64,000 bases of DNA from Anaerolineales bacterium (GTDB lineage Bacteria > Chloroflexota > Anaerolineae > Anaerolineales > RBG-16-64-43): contig JBEKXU010000002.1 of the NCBI GenBank assembly GCA_049511715.1, positions 100,994-164,993 on the forward strand. The letters run 5' to 3'. Below the pieces are notes generated by a model. That model saw only the letters and a program-made list of their open reading frames with translations, was not told the DNA's origin and searched no databases. A program made the translations under genes and the position numbers. The stretch's first letter is position 1. Each line of letters opens with the position of its first letter. Of the stretch, positions 18,007-29,335 are shown one piece after another.

Positions 18007-18216
18007 TCAGTCGGAGCCCTGGGAGGGGGCGGGGGTTTTGGGGTGATCGCGGCGGTACCAGCCAGAGCCCTTGAAGAGGACGGTGGGGGCGGTGGAGCGG
18101 CGGTGGATGGGGCGATGGCCGTTGGGGCAGGGGACGTCCTGGGAGTGGGCCTGGAAGGGGAGGGTGAGCTCGAAGTCGAGGCCGCACTGGGGGCAAGTGT
18201 ATTAGTAGGTGGGCAT
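18007..18216 (-). pseudogene. FmdB-family CxxC zinc-ribbon protein with in-frame TAA at codon 5
   Basis: The minus strand reads ATG CCC ACC TAC TAA TAC ACT TGC CCC CAG TGC GGC = MPTY*YTCPQCG..FKGSGWY.., against a family consensus of MPxYEYxCxxCG. The stop is at 18202-18204. The second zinc knuckle is also degenerate (CPNGH). Confidence 0.5.
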
Positions 18217-18304
18217 GGTCGAACCTGAGGGTGGAATTGGAAAGAGCGGGGGAGGCCCCGGGTACGGATCCTGGGGTCTCTCCTGTGCTCGCGAAAGTGG
18301 CCGG

Positions 18305-18754
18305 TTATTTCTTGGCTTTGACGGTGATGGAGCGGGGCTTGACCTGCTCGGCCTTGGGCAGGGTCAGGACGAGGATTCCATCTTCGAAGTCGGCATGGGC
18401 CTTGTCGACATTGACGTCGGTGGGGAGGGTGACGGAGCGCTGGAAGGAGCCGAAGCGTCGTTCGCGGATGTGGTAGGTATGGGTTTTGTCTTCCTGGTCT
18501 TCGTGGACTTCGCCGCGCAGGTTGACGACGCCGTTGGTGACGGAGATCTGGAGGTCTTCGGCCTGGACGCCGGGCAGGGCGGCCTTGATGACGATCTCGT
18601 CGTCGGTCTGGTAGAGATCGAGGGCGGGAGTGCCGCTGCCGTCGAAGGCGGAGGAAGCGAAGGGTCGGATGAAGGCCTGGTCGAACATGCGGTCCATGAC
18701 ATCCCGCAGGCTGGTCATCTCCCCGAAGGGTTCCCATCGAATCAAGCTGGACAT
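18305..18754 (-). CDS. Small heat-shock protein (Hsp20/alpha-crystallin family)
   Basis: MSSLIRWEPFGEM.., alpha-crystallin core ALDLYQTDDEIVIKAALPGV...GVVNLRGE..RRFGSFQRSVTLP..DGILVLTLPK. Confidence 0.9.
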   Translation of the reverse strand: MSSLIRWEPFGEMTSLRDVMDRMFDQAFIRPFASSAFDGSGTPALDLYQTDDEIVIKAALPGVQAEDLQISVTNGVVNLRGEVHEDQEDKTHTYHIRERRFGSFQRSVTLPTDVNVDKAHADFEDGILVLTLPKAEQVKPRSITVKAKK

Positions 18755-18871
18755 GGTTTCATCTCCTAGATTGGAATGCGGGTAAACCGGTACAGGGTTC
18801 AGGATACGCGCAAGGCGTCAGAAAGTTACCAGAGGAGGGTAAGAGGATTGTAGGAGGGCGGGGGGAGGGGA

Positions 18872-20275
18872 TTAGCCCGGGAAAAGGATGGGGAGGGCCG
18901 CGGGGGCAAAGGAGGCGACCATGGAGCTGGAGAGGCAATTCTGGCGGCAGATTTGGGCGTAGAGCTGGGCGGAGGGGCGGGCGGTGCGCTGCTGGGTTTG
19001 GGGGTTGAGGGCCCACAGTCCGAAGCGCTGGGTCCAGCCGCGCTCCCACTCGAAATTATCGACCAGGGTCCAGTGCCAGTAGCCGCGGATGGGGAAGTTG
19101 GAGTTGAGGGCCTGCCAGAGTTTCTGGAGATGCTGGCAGAGGTATTTGGGGCGTAGGCGGTCCTCTCCGTCCTCGACGCCATTCTCGGTGACCAGGACGG
19201 GCAGTCCGAAACGGGAGGCCCAGCGCAGGGCGGCGGAAAAGCCGTCCGGGACGTTGGCGATGAAGCCGCCCGGGCTCAGTTCGGCCCGGGGAGGGAAGAA
19301 TCGGCGCCCGAAGAACTCCCCGGGCCGGCGCAGGTCAAAGGCGACTCGGTCGGTGGTGTAGTAGTTCAGTCCGAAGAAGTCCTGGGTGCCGCGCGCCTCG
19401 GGAATCGCCTGCTCGCCAAGCAGGAGCGGCAGCCGGCCGCTCCAGAGCGCGCGGGGGAAAGCTTCATTGAAAAGACGGGACTGCAGGCGGGCCACGAGGT
19501 GGTCCAGGGGTGAGGCAGAGTCGGGCTGGATCCCGCGGAAATGGTGGGCGACGCCGACCTGGGAGCCGGGAGCCAGCTCATGAATGGCGCGGTAAGCCCG
19601 CGCATGGGCACGGACCATGTTGCCCATCACCCGGAACGCGGCACCCGGGTCTTGCTTCCCGGGAGGGAAGAGGCCTTCGAGGTAGGCCTCGAAGACATAA
19701 ACGTTCGGCTCATTGAGGGTGCACCAAAGATCGACTTGGCCCGCGAGCGCCGCCGCGACTTTCCGCGCAAAGGCCTCAAATCGCAGGATCACCTCCTCGT
19801 TCTCCCAGCCTCCCTGCTCGGCCAGCCAACGGGGATTGGTGAAGTGGTGCAGCGTGACCATCGGGCGCAGCGACCGCTGCGCCATTCCCGCCACAATCTC
19901 ACGGTACTGGGCCAGCGCCTGCTCGTCCCAAATTCCAGGCCTGGGTTCGATGCGGCTCCACTCGACGGACAGGCGGTGAGTGTTTTGGGCGCCCTCCGCC
20001 GCGCGATCCAGGTCCTCCGCCCAGCGCCCTCCCCACCAGTCGCAAGCTAACCCGGAGCGATCTCCCTCAGAGATGTGACCCGGGTGCTGCTCCCAGTCCC
20101 ACCAATCATTGCCTTTATTGTTGCCTTCCACTTGGTGGGAGGAGGTCGCGGTTCCCCACAGGAAGCCGGGCGGGAAGTGCAAGCTGGCCTCAATCAAGTG
20201 CTTCCTCACGCTGGGAGGGGGAGCCGGTCGCCGTTGGGGCGGCCGAGGCGCGGCAGGCCACACAGGCGAACTCAC
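18872..20275 (-). CDS. GH1 beta-glucosidase
   Basis: FPPGFLWGTATSSHQVEGN, TLHHF, the TLNEP acid/base motif and the VTENG nucleophile motif. The annotated start overlaps the GNAT 3' end by 86 nt; GTG at 20209 is more likely. Confidence 0.85.
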   Translation of the reverse strand: MSSPVWPAAPRPPQRRPAPPPSVRKHLIEASLHFPPGFLWGTATSSHQVEGNNKGNDWWDWEQHPGHISEGDRSGLACDWWGGRWAEDLDRAAEGAQNTHRLSVEWSRIEPRPGIWDEQALAQYREIVAGMAQRSLRPMVTLHHFTNPRWLAEQGGWENEEVILRFEAFARKVAAALAGQVDLWCTLNEPNVYVFEAYLEGLFPPGKQDPGAAFRVMGNMVRAHARAYRAIHELAPGSQVGVAHHFRGIQPDSASPLDHLVARLQSRLFNEAFPRALWSGRLPLLLGEQAIPEARGTQDFFGLNYYTTDRVAFDLRRPGEFFGRRFFPPRAELSPGGFIANVPDGFSAALRWASRFGLPVLVTENGVEDGEDRLRPKYLCQHLQKLWQALNSNFPIRGYWHWTLVDNFEWERGWTQRFGLWALNPQTQQRTARPSAQLYAQICRQNCLSSSMVASFAPAALPILFPG

Positions 20276-20963
20276 GCTCCCCGCTGTCCCGAAAGCCGAC
20301 CCCCTGAGCTAAGCGCACGGAAGCCTCGTTGTCCGGCTCGACATGATAGAGAGGAGTGAGCCCTTCCGACAGCAGTTCCGCGCACAGTCCCGAGACCACC
20401 GATCGGCCGTAGCCGCGTTCGCGGGTCTCCGGCTCGGTATGCACGAAGACTTCTGCGAAGCGGCGCGATCTCCAGTTCAGCCCGGCCGCCGCCAGCAGCC
20501 GGCCCGCCTGACGGACCTCGTAGCGCGTCAGGCCGTCCGGCGACTTGGAGCGGGTCACGAAGATGTTCACAACCGGCTGAAAGGAACGCGCTTCCAGCTG
20601 GAAGATCTGTAGCGTGGACCGTTGCTGGATTTCGAGGGTGGCGGGCAGGAGACTCGTCAGCGAGGCGGGCATCGAAAAGTATGCGCTTTCCCCGGCGGCC
20701 AGCGCGGCCTGGAGCAGGGAGGAAGCAGGCACCGGCCCGGGAGCACGCAGGGAGATCAACGGCCGAAAGAGATCCTGCCCGGTCCGCGCTTTGACCAGCA
20801 AGGCTTCCGGACGGCCGGGAGGGTCGGAGATGATGTAGAGACCGGTCCGGGCGGCCGGGTGGTAAAGGGCGTAGTAGCAGGCCAGGGCGTCGCGGGGGGA
20901 CTGCTCGTCCAGCAGGGTTCTCAGCCGATCGCGGTCCGCGGCCGCCAGTTTCTCCACCTTCAT
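20190..20963 (-). CDS. GNAT-family N-acetyltransferase (C-terminal acetyltransferase fold)
   Basis: The ATG at 20963 overlaps the plsC stop as ATGA. The acetyl-CoA motif RERGYGRSVV is followed by ASVRLAQGVGF. Confidence 0.65.
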   Translation of the reverse strand: MKVEKLAAADRDRLRTLLDEQSPRDALACYYALYHPAARTGLYIISDPPGRPEALLVKARTGQDLFRPLISLRAPGPVPASSLLQAALAAGESAYFSMPASLTSLLPATLEIQQRSTLQIFQLEARSFQPVVNIFVTRSKSPDGLTRYEVRQAGRLLAAAGLNWRSRRFAEVFVHTEPETRERGYGRSVVSGLCAELLSEGLTPLYHVEPDNEASVRLAQGVGFRDSGEREFACVACRASAAPTATGSPSQREEALD

Positions 20964-21697
20964 GAGTTCATCTGCCTCTCCCGCTCGGCGACACCGGGGT
21001 GATGGGCGTAGACACCGCGATAGGCTTCCGGAAGAAGCGCGGCGATGGCGCACATGATCTGTTCGGTGAAGACGGCCAGTTGCGCGCCGCGAGCGCGTCC
21101 TGCGGCGGGAAGGCGGAACGGTTTGCCAATCCGCAGATACAGGTCGGGCCGGCGCAGTCGGCCCAGCTCCCGGAAGGCATGCTCCGTCCCCCAGACTGCC
21201 ACGGGCAGGATCGGTGCGCCCGATCGACCGGCCAGAAAGGCCGGGCCGTCTTTCCCCGGGATCAGGGCGTGCGTCCGCTGACTGCGGGTTCCCTCCGGGG
21301 AGACCCCCAGAAGGCCTCCGTGGGCCAAGTGCCCCAGCGCCAGCCGAAGGGCCGGGACGTCGGGTTCGTTTTGGCGGACCCAGATCGCGTCGAGGCTCTC
21401 GACGAACCAGCGCAGCGGCAGTACCTTGCGATACTTTTGCCCGATAAAGACTCTCACCTGGCGCGGCACCGCGACGCATATCAGCGGCGGGTCCAGGCGA
21501 CTGAGATGGTTGGTCACGAGCAGGAGCGGCCCTTGGGGCGGGACATTCTCCCTCCCGGCGATGTGCACGCGACACAGGGCGTGGAAAGCCGCCGAAAGCG
21601 CGGCCCGGGAGAGGGCGTACTTCCGATCCTCGAAAGAACGGGACTCGCCCTGCATGGGAGGAAAGTATACCGCCTTGGGCGTGCCCGCCGGCAACAT
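20960..21697 (-). CDS. plsC: 1-acyl-sn-glycerol-3-phosphate acyltransferase
   Basis: Acyltransferase motifs NHLSRLD (HX4D), GVSPEGTRS and ILPVAVWG. Confidence 0.8.
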   Translation of the reverse strand: MLPAGTPKAVYFPPMQGESRSFEDRKYALSRAALSAAFHALCRVHIAGRENVPPQGPLLLVTNHLSRLDPPLICVAVPRQVRVFIGQKYRKVLPLRWFVESLDAIWVRQNEPDVPALRLALGHLAHGGLLGVSPEGTRSQRTHALIPGKDGPAFLAGRSGAPILPVAVWGTEHAFRELGRLRRPDLYLRIGKPFRLPAAGRARGAQLAVFTEQIMCAIAALLPEAYRGVYAHHPGVAERERQMNS

Positions 21698-22708
21698 TTA
21701 GGGCCGGGCCTCCAGAAAGACGGCGTAATGGCTGAAGGGTCCGGCCAGGGAGTAGGCCCGCAGGGTGAAGGAGTGGATTTGACCTGGCGCCCACGTTTCA
21801 TCCAATTGCAGCACCCGAAGGCCGATCGAGTTCCCGGCGCTGTCGTAAAGAACCAGCAGGACCGTGATGTGAGCCGCGGACGCGCTGGCGGCCGGCGACA
21901 GCCGCGCTTGGCCGCTCAGTTCCAACCCTCCCTGGAGGGGGGAGGACTGGGAGCCAACCAGCTCGATGGGCAGGTAGCGCTGTTGTGGGTTCTCCGAGGC
22001 GACATCCTCTACCAGGGAGACCTGGGCTCTGAGGCCGGGCTTTTCCAAAGGGGAGAAAAATGCGGCAACGGGCAGGGAGCCTCCGGCGGGAAGCAGTCCC
22101 AGCGGCACGCTCTCGACTTCCTCGCCCACGGCGCGATTGGCGTCGTTGTAGAGGGTGAACTGCACGGTGACGTCCTCAAGGGGTCCCGTTCCGGGGTTGT
22201 GGACATCGGCCAGGCACCAGGTGGCTCCGGTGGGGGCCGGGTAGCAGCGGCCGACGGATAGGTCCAGGGGCATGGGGGTGGGCGTGGGGGCCGCCGCGGC
22301 GGAGGTGGTCGGGAGCGGAATGAGCAACTGTTGCCCGATCCGCAGGAACCGCTCTTGAATCCCCGGGTTGGCGGCTTCGAGGGCCTGCAAGGAAATCCCA
22401 AAGTGGACGGCAATGCTGATCAGCGTATCCCCGCTGGCTACCCCGTAAGTCACCGGGGTCGGGCTGGGGGTTGGGGTGACCGGGACCTCCGGGGCGACCG
22501 CCGGGAATGGTGGGGTGGCCGTTTCGGTTGGTGGAACCCAACTGGTGATGGCGGGGCTAGGCGCGTTCAAAACGCCTCCCTGCCCGCAGGCGCACAACGC
22601 AAAGCTGGCCAGAAGACCAAGGAGGAGAGTCAGGCTTCGGGCTTCGCGGGGGTGCGCCCAACGCAGGGCGCCAGGGCAGGCATTTCCGGAAGGCAGACGA
22701 GTGGGCAT
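21698..22708 (-). CDS. Lipoprotein with one LysM domain and a ~200-aa C-terminal beta-rich domain
   Basis: The leader is ..LLLGLLASFALCAC. The LysM is YGVASGDTLISIAVHFGISLQALEAANPGI. The stop abuts the plsC start. Confidence 0.7.
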   Translation of the reverse strand: MPTRLPSGNACPGALRWAHPREARSLTLLLGLLASFALCACGQGGVLNAPSPAITSWVPPTETATPPFPAVAPEVPVTPTPSPTPVTYGVASGDTLISIAVHFGISLQALEAANPGIQERFLRIGQQLLIPLPTTSAAAAPTPTPMPLDLSVGRCYPAPTGATWCLADVHNPGTGPLEDVTVQFTLYNDANRAVGEEVESVPLGLLPAGGSLPVAAFFSPLEKPGLRAQVSLVEDVASENPQQRYLPIELVGSQSSPLQGGLELSGQARLSPAASASAAHITVLLVLYDSAGNSIGLRVLQLDETWAPGQIHSFTLRAYSLAGPFSHYAVFLEARP

Positions 22709-23126
22709 GTGCTTCCGCGGTCAGCGTTGCGATTATACCTGCCGCCGCTCCGCCCCGAGCTGGGCCCCGGCCGTCAAGCCGGGCGGATCGGGGCGCTTGC
22801 CATCGCAGCAGGTATTTGGAAGCCTTCCATCTCGCGCTGGGGCTCCCAGGAAAGGGCGAGCAGACGGGTCTTGCCAGGACTTAAGACCTCCCGGGTTTGG
22901 TTGGCTTCCCTTTCCCCTGCGAGCACGCCGGGGGCAGAAGGTGGTCCGGATCCCGGGGCATCCCTGGCCTGTTGCCGCGGCGGCGCGGGAGCCCCTGGAG
23001 GGTTGCTGTCTTCGAGTGGGTTGCGAGCAGGCTCGGGGATCTTCGTTTTAGGCTGCCAAGCGGTTCCTCTTTTCGGTTTGGAAGGCGCATTTCTGGGTTT
23101 CCGGGGGAACATGCTTCGCACACCCC

Positions 23127-23155
23127 TTGACAGCCAGGGGACAATTGGGTATATT
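23127..23155 (+). promoter_or_regulatory. Sigma-70-type promoter of groESL
   Basis: TTGACA at 23127-23132, a 17-nt spacer, and TATATT at 23150-23155. Confidence 0.7.
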
Positions 23156-23163
23156 AAGGATGG

Positions 23164-23190
23164 TTAGCACTCTTTTCTCCTGAGTGCTAA
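23164..23190 (+). promoter_or_regulatory. CIRCE operator (HrcA binding site)
   Basis: Perfect consensus TTAGCACTC-N9-GAGTGCTAA, immediately downstream of the -10 box and 44 nt upstream of groES. Confidence 0.9.
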
Positions 23191-23233
23191 GCATCCATTC
23201 TCACCCTTACAATAGCCACATGGAGGTGGAACC

Positions 23234-23530
23234 ATGGCACTCTCGCTAAAGCCCCTGGGTGACCGCGTCGTGATCGAACCGCTGGAGCAGGAAGAGATCA
23301 CCCCGGGAGGCATTGTTCTCCCTGAGACGGCGAAGGAAAAACCGCAGCGAGGCAAGATCCTAGCGGCGGGGCCCGGAGCCCGCGATGAGGAGGGGAAACG
23401 CATCCCGATGGAGGTCAAGGTCGGCGACACCGTCCTTTTCGCGAAGTACGCCGGGACCGAGGTCAAGCTGGACTCCAAGAAGCTTCTGATCATCAAAGAG
23501 TCCGATATCCTGGGCATTGTGGAACCCTAG
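23234..23530 (+). CDS. groES: Co-chaperonin GroES
   Basis: The sequence [54 protein letters not shown] is unmistakable. Confidence 0.97.
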   Translation: MALSLKPLGDRVVIEPLEQEEITPGGIVLPETAKEKPQRGKILAAGPGARDEEGKRIPMEVKVGDTVLFAKYAGTEVKLDSKKLLIIKESDILGIVEP

Positions 23531-23563
23531 GACCGGGTTCTCATTCATTCGGCACGTCGATGA

Positions 23564-25219
<1,656 letters not shown>

Positions 25220-25247
25220 AACTCGGCGCGCACTCGCAAGACATGAA

Positions 25248-25280
25248 AAAGCCCCCGGCCGGATGGCCGGGGGCTTTCTT
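25248..25280. terminator. Strong, probably bidirectional, intrinsic terminator between groEL and the convergent LysM gene
   Basis: 13-bp perfect stem aaagcccccggcc / ggccgggggcttt with loop ggat. It is A-rich on the 5' side and T-rich on the 3' side. Confidence 0.8.
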
Positions 25281-25393
25281 CGCTAGGTGAGCACCCTTCA
25301 ATTCAACCGCACCGAGCTCCGCCTGAAGGGTCAGGACAGGGCGGAGAAGCGGTCGACGCGTTTTCCCCTCACGTTTCGCCCCGCGCCCGGGAC

Positions 25394-26125
25394 CTAGGGC
25401 GCCCGAGTGGAGGTCGGCCCGATCGTCGGGGTGTCGCTGGGCGACGGAACAGGGCTCGGGGTCAGGGTGACCACGGTCGGGGTGGGGGTCGCAATCCCAT
25501 AGTGCACCTTCAGGTACAGCCCCGGATAAATCATATTCGGGTCGGTGATATTGTTCAGCTTCTGGATGTCCTCGGCGGTCGAATTGAACTTGGAGGCGAT
25601 CGACTGCAGCGAATCCCCGGGCTGGACCAGGTACAGGATTGTGCTCCCGGCCTTCAGCCCGGTCGGAAGGGCGGTCGGACTCGGCGCAGCGCCGGGAGCG
25701 GGAATCACCAGCTGCTGCCCCACAAAAATCTGGCTCGGATCCGTGAGGCTGGGGTTGGCGGCCATGATCGCCGAGATCGTCACCCCGTACTTCTGGGCGA
25801 TGTCGCTGAGCAAATCCCCCTGTTGAACAATGTACGTGACCGGCCCCGAGCGCGTGGGTGTCACCGGCACGGGACTGGCGGTTGGCGTGTTGCTGGGAGT
25901 GGGGGTCGCGGACGGGGTCAGGGTCAGGGTGGCCGTCGGGGTGGGGCTGGTCAGAAAGGGCAGCTTCACCTGGATCGGACCACCAAGCCATGAAATGATT
26001 AGCACGATGCCCACAATGGCCAGAATGGCGGCCAAGGCGCCAATCGCGCCGTTTCCGATGCGTTCCCTTCTGCGTCGGTAATGCTCGATGGTGCTCCCAA
26101 TGTCGTCTTTACTCGGATTGGACAT
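25394..26125 (-). CDS. Membrane-anchored protein with Pro/Thr linker and two LysM domains
   Basis: ATG at 26125 follows GGAGAAGGGGA. The TM anchor is GAIGALAAILAIVGIVLIISWLG. The LysM domains are YIVQQGDLLSDIAQKYGVTISAIMAANP and YLVQPGDSLQSIASKFNSTAEDIQKLN. Confidence 0.8.
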   Translation of the reverse strand: MSNPSKDDIGSTIEHYRRRRERIGNGAIGALAAILAIVGIVLIISWLGGPIQVKLPFLTSPTPTATLTLTPSATPTPSNTPTASPVPVTPTRSGPVTYIVQQGDLLSDIAQKYGVTISAIMAANPSLTDPSQIFVGQQLVIPAPGAAPSPTALPTGLKAGSTILYLVQPGDSLQSIASKFNSTAEDIQKLNNITDPNMIYPGLYLKVHYGIATPTPTVVTLTPSPVPSPSDTPTIGPTSTRAP

Positions 26126-26372
26126 GGCATTCTCCCCTTCTCCAGGCTCCCGCCCGAACCGAAAGCGAGAGTCGAGGGAGGCCTTCGATTCTACCTCGCG
26201 GGTCCAGGCTCCGCCAGCGTCCGGCCGCAGGCCAAATCCGCCCGCGGGCGCCACCTTGAGGGAATCCGTGGCCAGGCCCCGGGCGGCTTGAGGACCCGGC
26301 GGCTCGGATCGGCCTGGACGGCGGCACGGGCGAATGGAGCGGGCCTCGAACCAGAGGGCTTCGCAGGCCACG

Positions 26373-27554
26373 TCAGGCTCTTCTCGAGCCTCGGTCGGCG
26401 CTTTCAGGCGGCTCGTGCCTCAGCGCCTCCTCGATCTCCTGCTGGCAGGCTGGGTCCTGTTCCTGGGGCAGGGCTCGGGCCAGCGCTTCCCGGGCCTCCG
26501 CAGACCCGATGCGACCCAGCGCCCAGGCCGCATGCTGGCGAATGAGTGGGAGCGGATCGCGCAGAGCCTGCAACAGGGCGGGAACGGCCGCGGCTTGGCG
26601 GCTGTTGCCAAGCGCCACGGCAACATTCCGCCGGTATCCCTCGGGCCGAGTCCGGCGCAGCGCGCTTCCTTGGAACCGCTGGGTCGTCTGCTCTTTATCC
26701 AGGGCCAGTTCTCTGGAAAGGTCGGCGAGAGGGAAGTGACCGCGAGGCAGAAACCGCAGCTCCGGCGCCGGCGGGTCCGCCCGTCGGTTCCAAGGGCACA
26801 CCTCCTGGCAGAGGTCGCAGCCGAAGACCCAGTTCCCGAACGCCTCACGCAATCCCGGCGGCACCGGGCCCTTCTGTTCAATGCTCAGGTAGGAAACACA
26901 GCGCCTCGCGTCCAGCGTACGATCGGGTAGGATGCATTGCGTGGGGCAGGCCTGGACACACCGCGTGCAATTCCCGCAGCGGTCCGCCTGGAACGGTTCG
27001 TCGGGCGGCAGGCGCAGGTCGATGAGGATCTCGGCCAGGAAGAAGTACGACCCGTACCTGGGATGAATCAGCAACGTGTTCTTTCCGATCCAGCCCAGCC
27101 CCGCTCGCTGAGCCAGGTCCCTTTCCAGGATGGGGCCGGAGTCTGTGTAGGCTCGGAATCGAATACGGCGCCCCGCTGGTTGCTCGATCCAGGCCGCCAG
27201 CGCCTTCAGCTTGGGGACCAGGACGTCATGGTAGTCATCTCCCTGGGCGTAGGACGCCAGGCGACCGGCCATGGGGTCCGGCCCTGGAGGGCGTGGGACG
27301 GGGTAGGGGGCAGCGACCATGATGACCGACTGGCAGCCCGCCAGAAGCATCTGGGGCCGAGCCCGAGCCGCTCGGGCTCGGGGGCTTTCGAGATAGGCCA
27401 TCCGGCCGTGCCGGCCCCTCTCCAGCCAGACGCGGAAAACCTCCAGGTGCGCGGGCGGGTCCGGGGTGGTGAAACCGCACAGCGCAAACCCGAGCTCCCG
27501 CGCTCGCCCCCGGATTTCCTCTTTGAGGTGCGCATTCGAACTTGGCCCGCCCAT
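26373..27554 (-). CDS. queG: Epoxyqueuosine reductase
   Basis: Start at MGGPSSNAHLKEEIR. Two 4Fe-4S motifs (CGNCTRCVQACPTQC and CDLCQEVCPWN) and a C-terminal HEAT-like region (LQALRDPLPLIRQHAAWALG). Confidence 0.85.
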   Translation of the reverse strand: MGGPSSNAHLKEEIRGRARELGFALCGFTTPDPPAHLEVFRVWLERGRHGRMAYLESPRARAARARPQMLLAGCQSVIMVAAPYPVPRPPGPDPMAGRLASYAQGDDYHDVLVPKLKALAAWIEQPAGRRIRFRAYTDSGPILERDLAQRAGLGWIGKNTLLIHPRYGSYFFLAEILIDLRLPPDEPFQADRCGNCTRCVQACPTQCILPDRTLDARRCVSYLSIEQKGPVPPGLREAFGNWVFGCDLCQEVCPWNRRADPPAPELRFLPRGHFPLADLSRELALDKEQTTQRFQGSALRRTRPEGYRRNVAVALGNSRQAAAVPALLQALRDPLPLIRQHAAWALGRIGSAEAREALARALPQEQDPACQQEIEEALRHEPPESADRGSRRA

Positions 27555-28096
27555 GGCTTTCCATTCGCCTCCGGTTCGGAGAAGCCGCCTCCATACTATC
27601 ACCCCTCCTAAGGGCCGGGAGCGGCGCCGATCCCTCGTGCCGTCGGGAGCGGGACAATCCCGTCGGCCGAGGCAGGGCCGAAGGAGCGCGCGATTCTGAG
27701 GAGCCCATTTGAGCGTCCCGGAACCACCCGTTGGCTCGGTCACCCGCGCCGGCCAGGGTCGAGGGAATTCTCCGCGGAGCGGTGGCCGGCCTTGATCAAG
27801 CGAGACGGCAAGGGTCCGCCGGACCGTAAGGCTGAGGAGAAAGCGCCCAGTGCGGAACGGTATTGCGTGCCAGGGGCCGCAGGGCACCCGGAGGGTCGTT
27901 CTCGGTCGGTATGGGAGGGGCAAGACCACTCTCTTCAATCTCCCGGCCGGAATGGACTCGTCGGATCGCCGGACCGTGGGAAGAGCTCGGCAGGCGCCTG
28001 ACCGGCCCTGACGCCGACTCCGCGCGGCGGGAGGGAGGCAGGCCCTTTGGTCCTTCCTTGGAGGTATTATTCAGCGGAAGAAAGAGGGCAACCGCG

Positions 28097-29128
28097 ATGC
28101 GCAAACCAGCCATCTTGATCACCGGAGCCAGCGGGGAAGTGGGGCATGGTCTCATCCGCGAGCTGTCCAAGGGGCGGGAGGAGGAAATCATCGCCCTGGA
28201 TCTTCAGCTCTTGGAGGCCGATCTGCTCGGGCAATGCTCGCGGTTTGTCCAGGGGGATATTCTGGACCCGATGTTGCTGGGCAGGCTGGTCGGGGAGTTC
28301 GAGATCCGCGTGATTTACCACTTGGCTTCGATCCTTTCCACCAAGGCGGAGCACAACCCCGAAGGAGCCCACCGCGTGAACGTCGAGGGTACACTCAACC
28401 TGCTGCGGCTGGCTCATGACCAGTCGCAGTGGCAGGCCCGCCCGGTGCGCTTCCTGTATCCCTCCTCCATTGCCGTCTACGGACTGCCCGACGCGGAAAC
28501 CAAAGCGCGGTCCGGAAAGGTAAAGGAAAACGAGTGGTGTCTGCCCACCACAATGTATGGTTGCAACAAGCTGTATGCTGAGCACCTGGGCCGTTATTAC
28601 GCCGAATACTATCAACAGCTGGGCGCCCAGCAGGACCGGGTCCGCCTGGACTTCCGCTGTGTGCGCTTCCCCGGACTGATCAGCGCCGTGACTCTCCCCA
28701 CCGGCGGGACCAGCGACTTTGCCCCAGAGATGGTTCACAGCGCGGCGCAGGGCAGGCCCTATCGTTGCTATGTTCGTCCGGATACCCGCCTGCCCTTCAT
28801 GGCGATGCCGGACGCCGTCAAGGCGCTGCTCGTTCTGGCTGAGGCGCCCCGCGAGCGGCTGACCCAGCACGTGTACAACGTCGGCAGTTTTAGCCTTTCG
28901 GCCCAAGAACTATACGAGCGGACAAAGAGAAGCTACCCCTCGGCCGAGGTGACCTTTGATCCGGATCGCGGGCGGCAAGCTATTGTCGACAGCTGGCCGG
29001 CTGACGTGGACGACGGCGCCGCGCGCCGGGACTGGGGCTGGAGACCCGACTATGACGAGGTCCGTGCCTTTGGGGAGTACCTGATCCCGGCCGTCGCCGG
29101 GCGCTACCACCCGGCGAGTGCCGGCTGA
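28097..29128 (+). CDS. NAD-dependent epimerase/dehydratase-fold (extended SDR) enzyme, L-threonine-3-dehydrogenase-like
   Basis: Rossmann motif ILITGASGEVG, catalytic YGCNKLYAE (YxxxK) and RFPGLIS. ATG at 28097. Confidence 0.7.
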   Translation: MRKPAILITGASGEVGHGLIRELSKGREEEIIALDLQLLEADLLGQCSRFVQGDILDPMLLGRLVGEFEIRVIYHLASILSTKAEHNPEGAHRVNVEGTLNLLRLAHDQSQWQARPVRFLYPSSIAVYGLPDAETKARSGKVKENEWCLPTTMYGCNKLYAEHLGRYYAEYYQQLGAQQDRVRLDFRCVRFPGLISAVTLPTGGTSDFAPEMVHSAAQGRPYRCYVRPDTRLPFMAMPDAVKALLVLAEAPRERLTQHVYNVGSFSLSAQELYERTKRSYPSAEVTFDPDRGRQAIVDSWPADVDDGAARRDWGWRPDYDEVRAFGEYLIPAVAGRYHPASAG

Positions 29129-29335
29129 GCCCCCTTGGCGAACCCAGGCTCTCTTGTCCGAACCGGCGGTCCTTGCGGCCCGGCGGGATGGAAGGGCTTG
29201 GGAGAGTTCCTTCTTCGGCGGGGCGTCAAGCCGCAAGGGTCCGGTTGAAGCCGGGCCGGAGATCCCCGGGCTTGCAACGGTCCCGCGTTGGTGGCGGAAC
29301 ACTTCCTATTGGAGCGTCCCCGAAGGGGAGCCAGC

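Noticed and set aside
17949-18737. A 262-aa Pro/Arg-rich ORF overlapping hsp20 and the FmdB-like gene.
   Set aside because: It is in a different frame from two recognisable genes on the same strand. Its composition (PRRP repeats) is not protein-like.
20190-21794. A 534-aa ORF spanning the plsC region.
   Set aside because: Only its last 258 codons (from ATG 20963, overlapping the plsC stop as ATGA) give a GNAT-like protein. The upstream part is an out-of-frame overlap of plsC with an Arg/Pro-rich translation.
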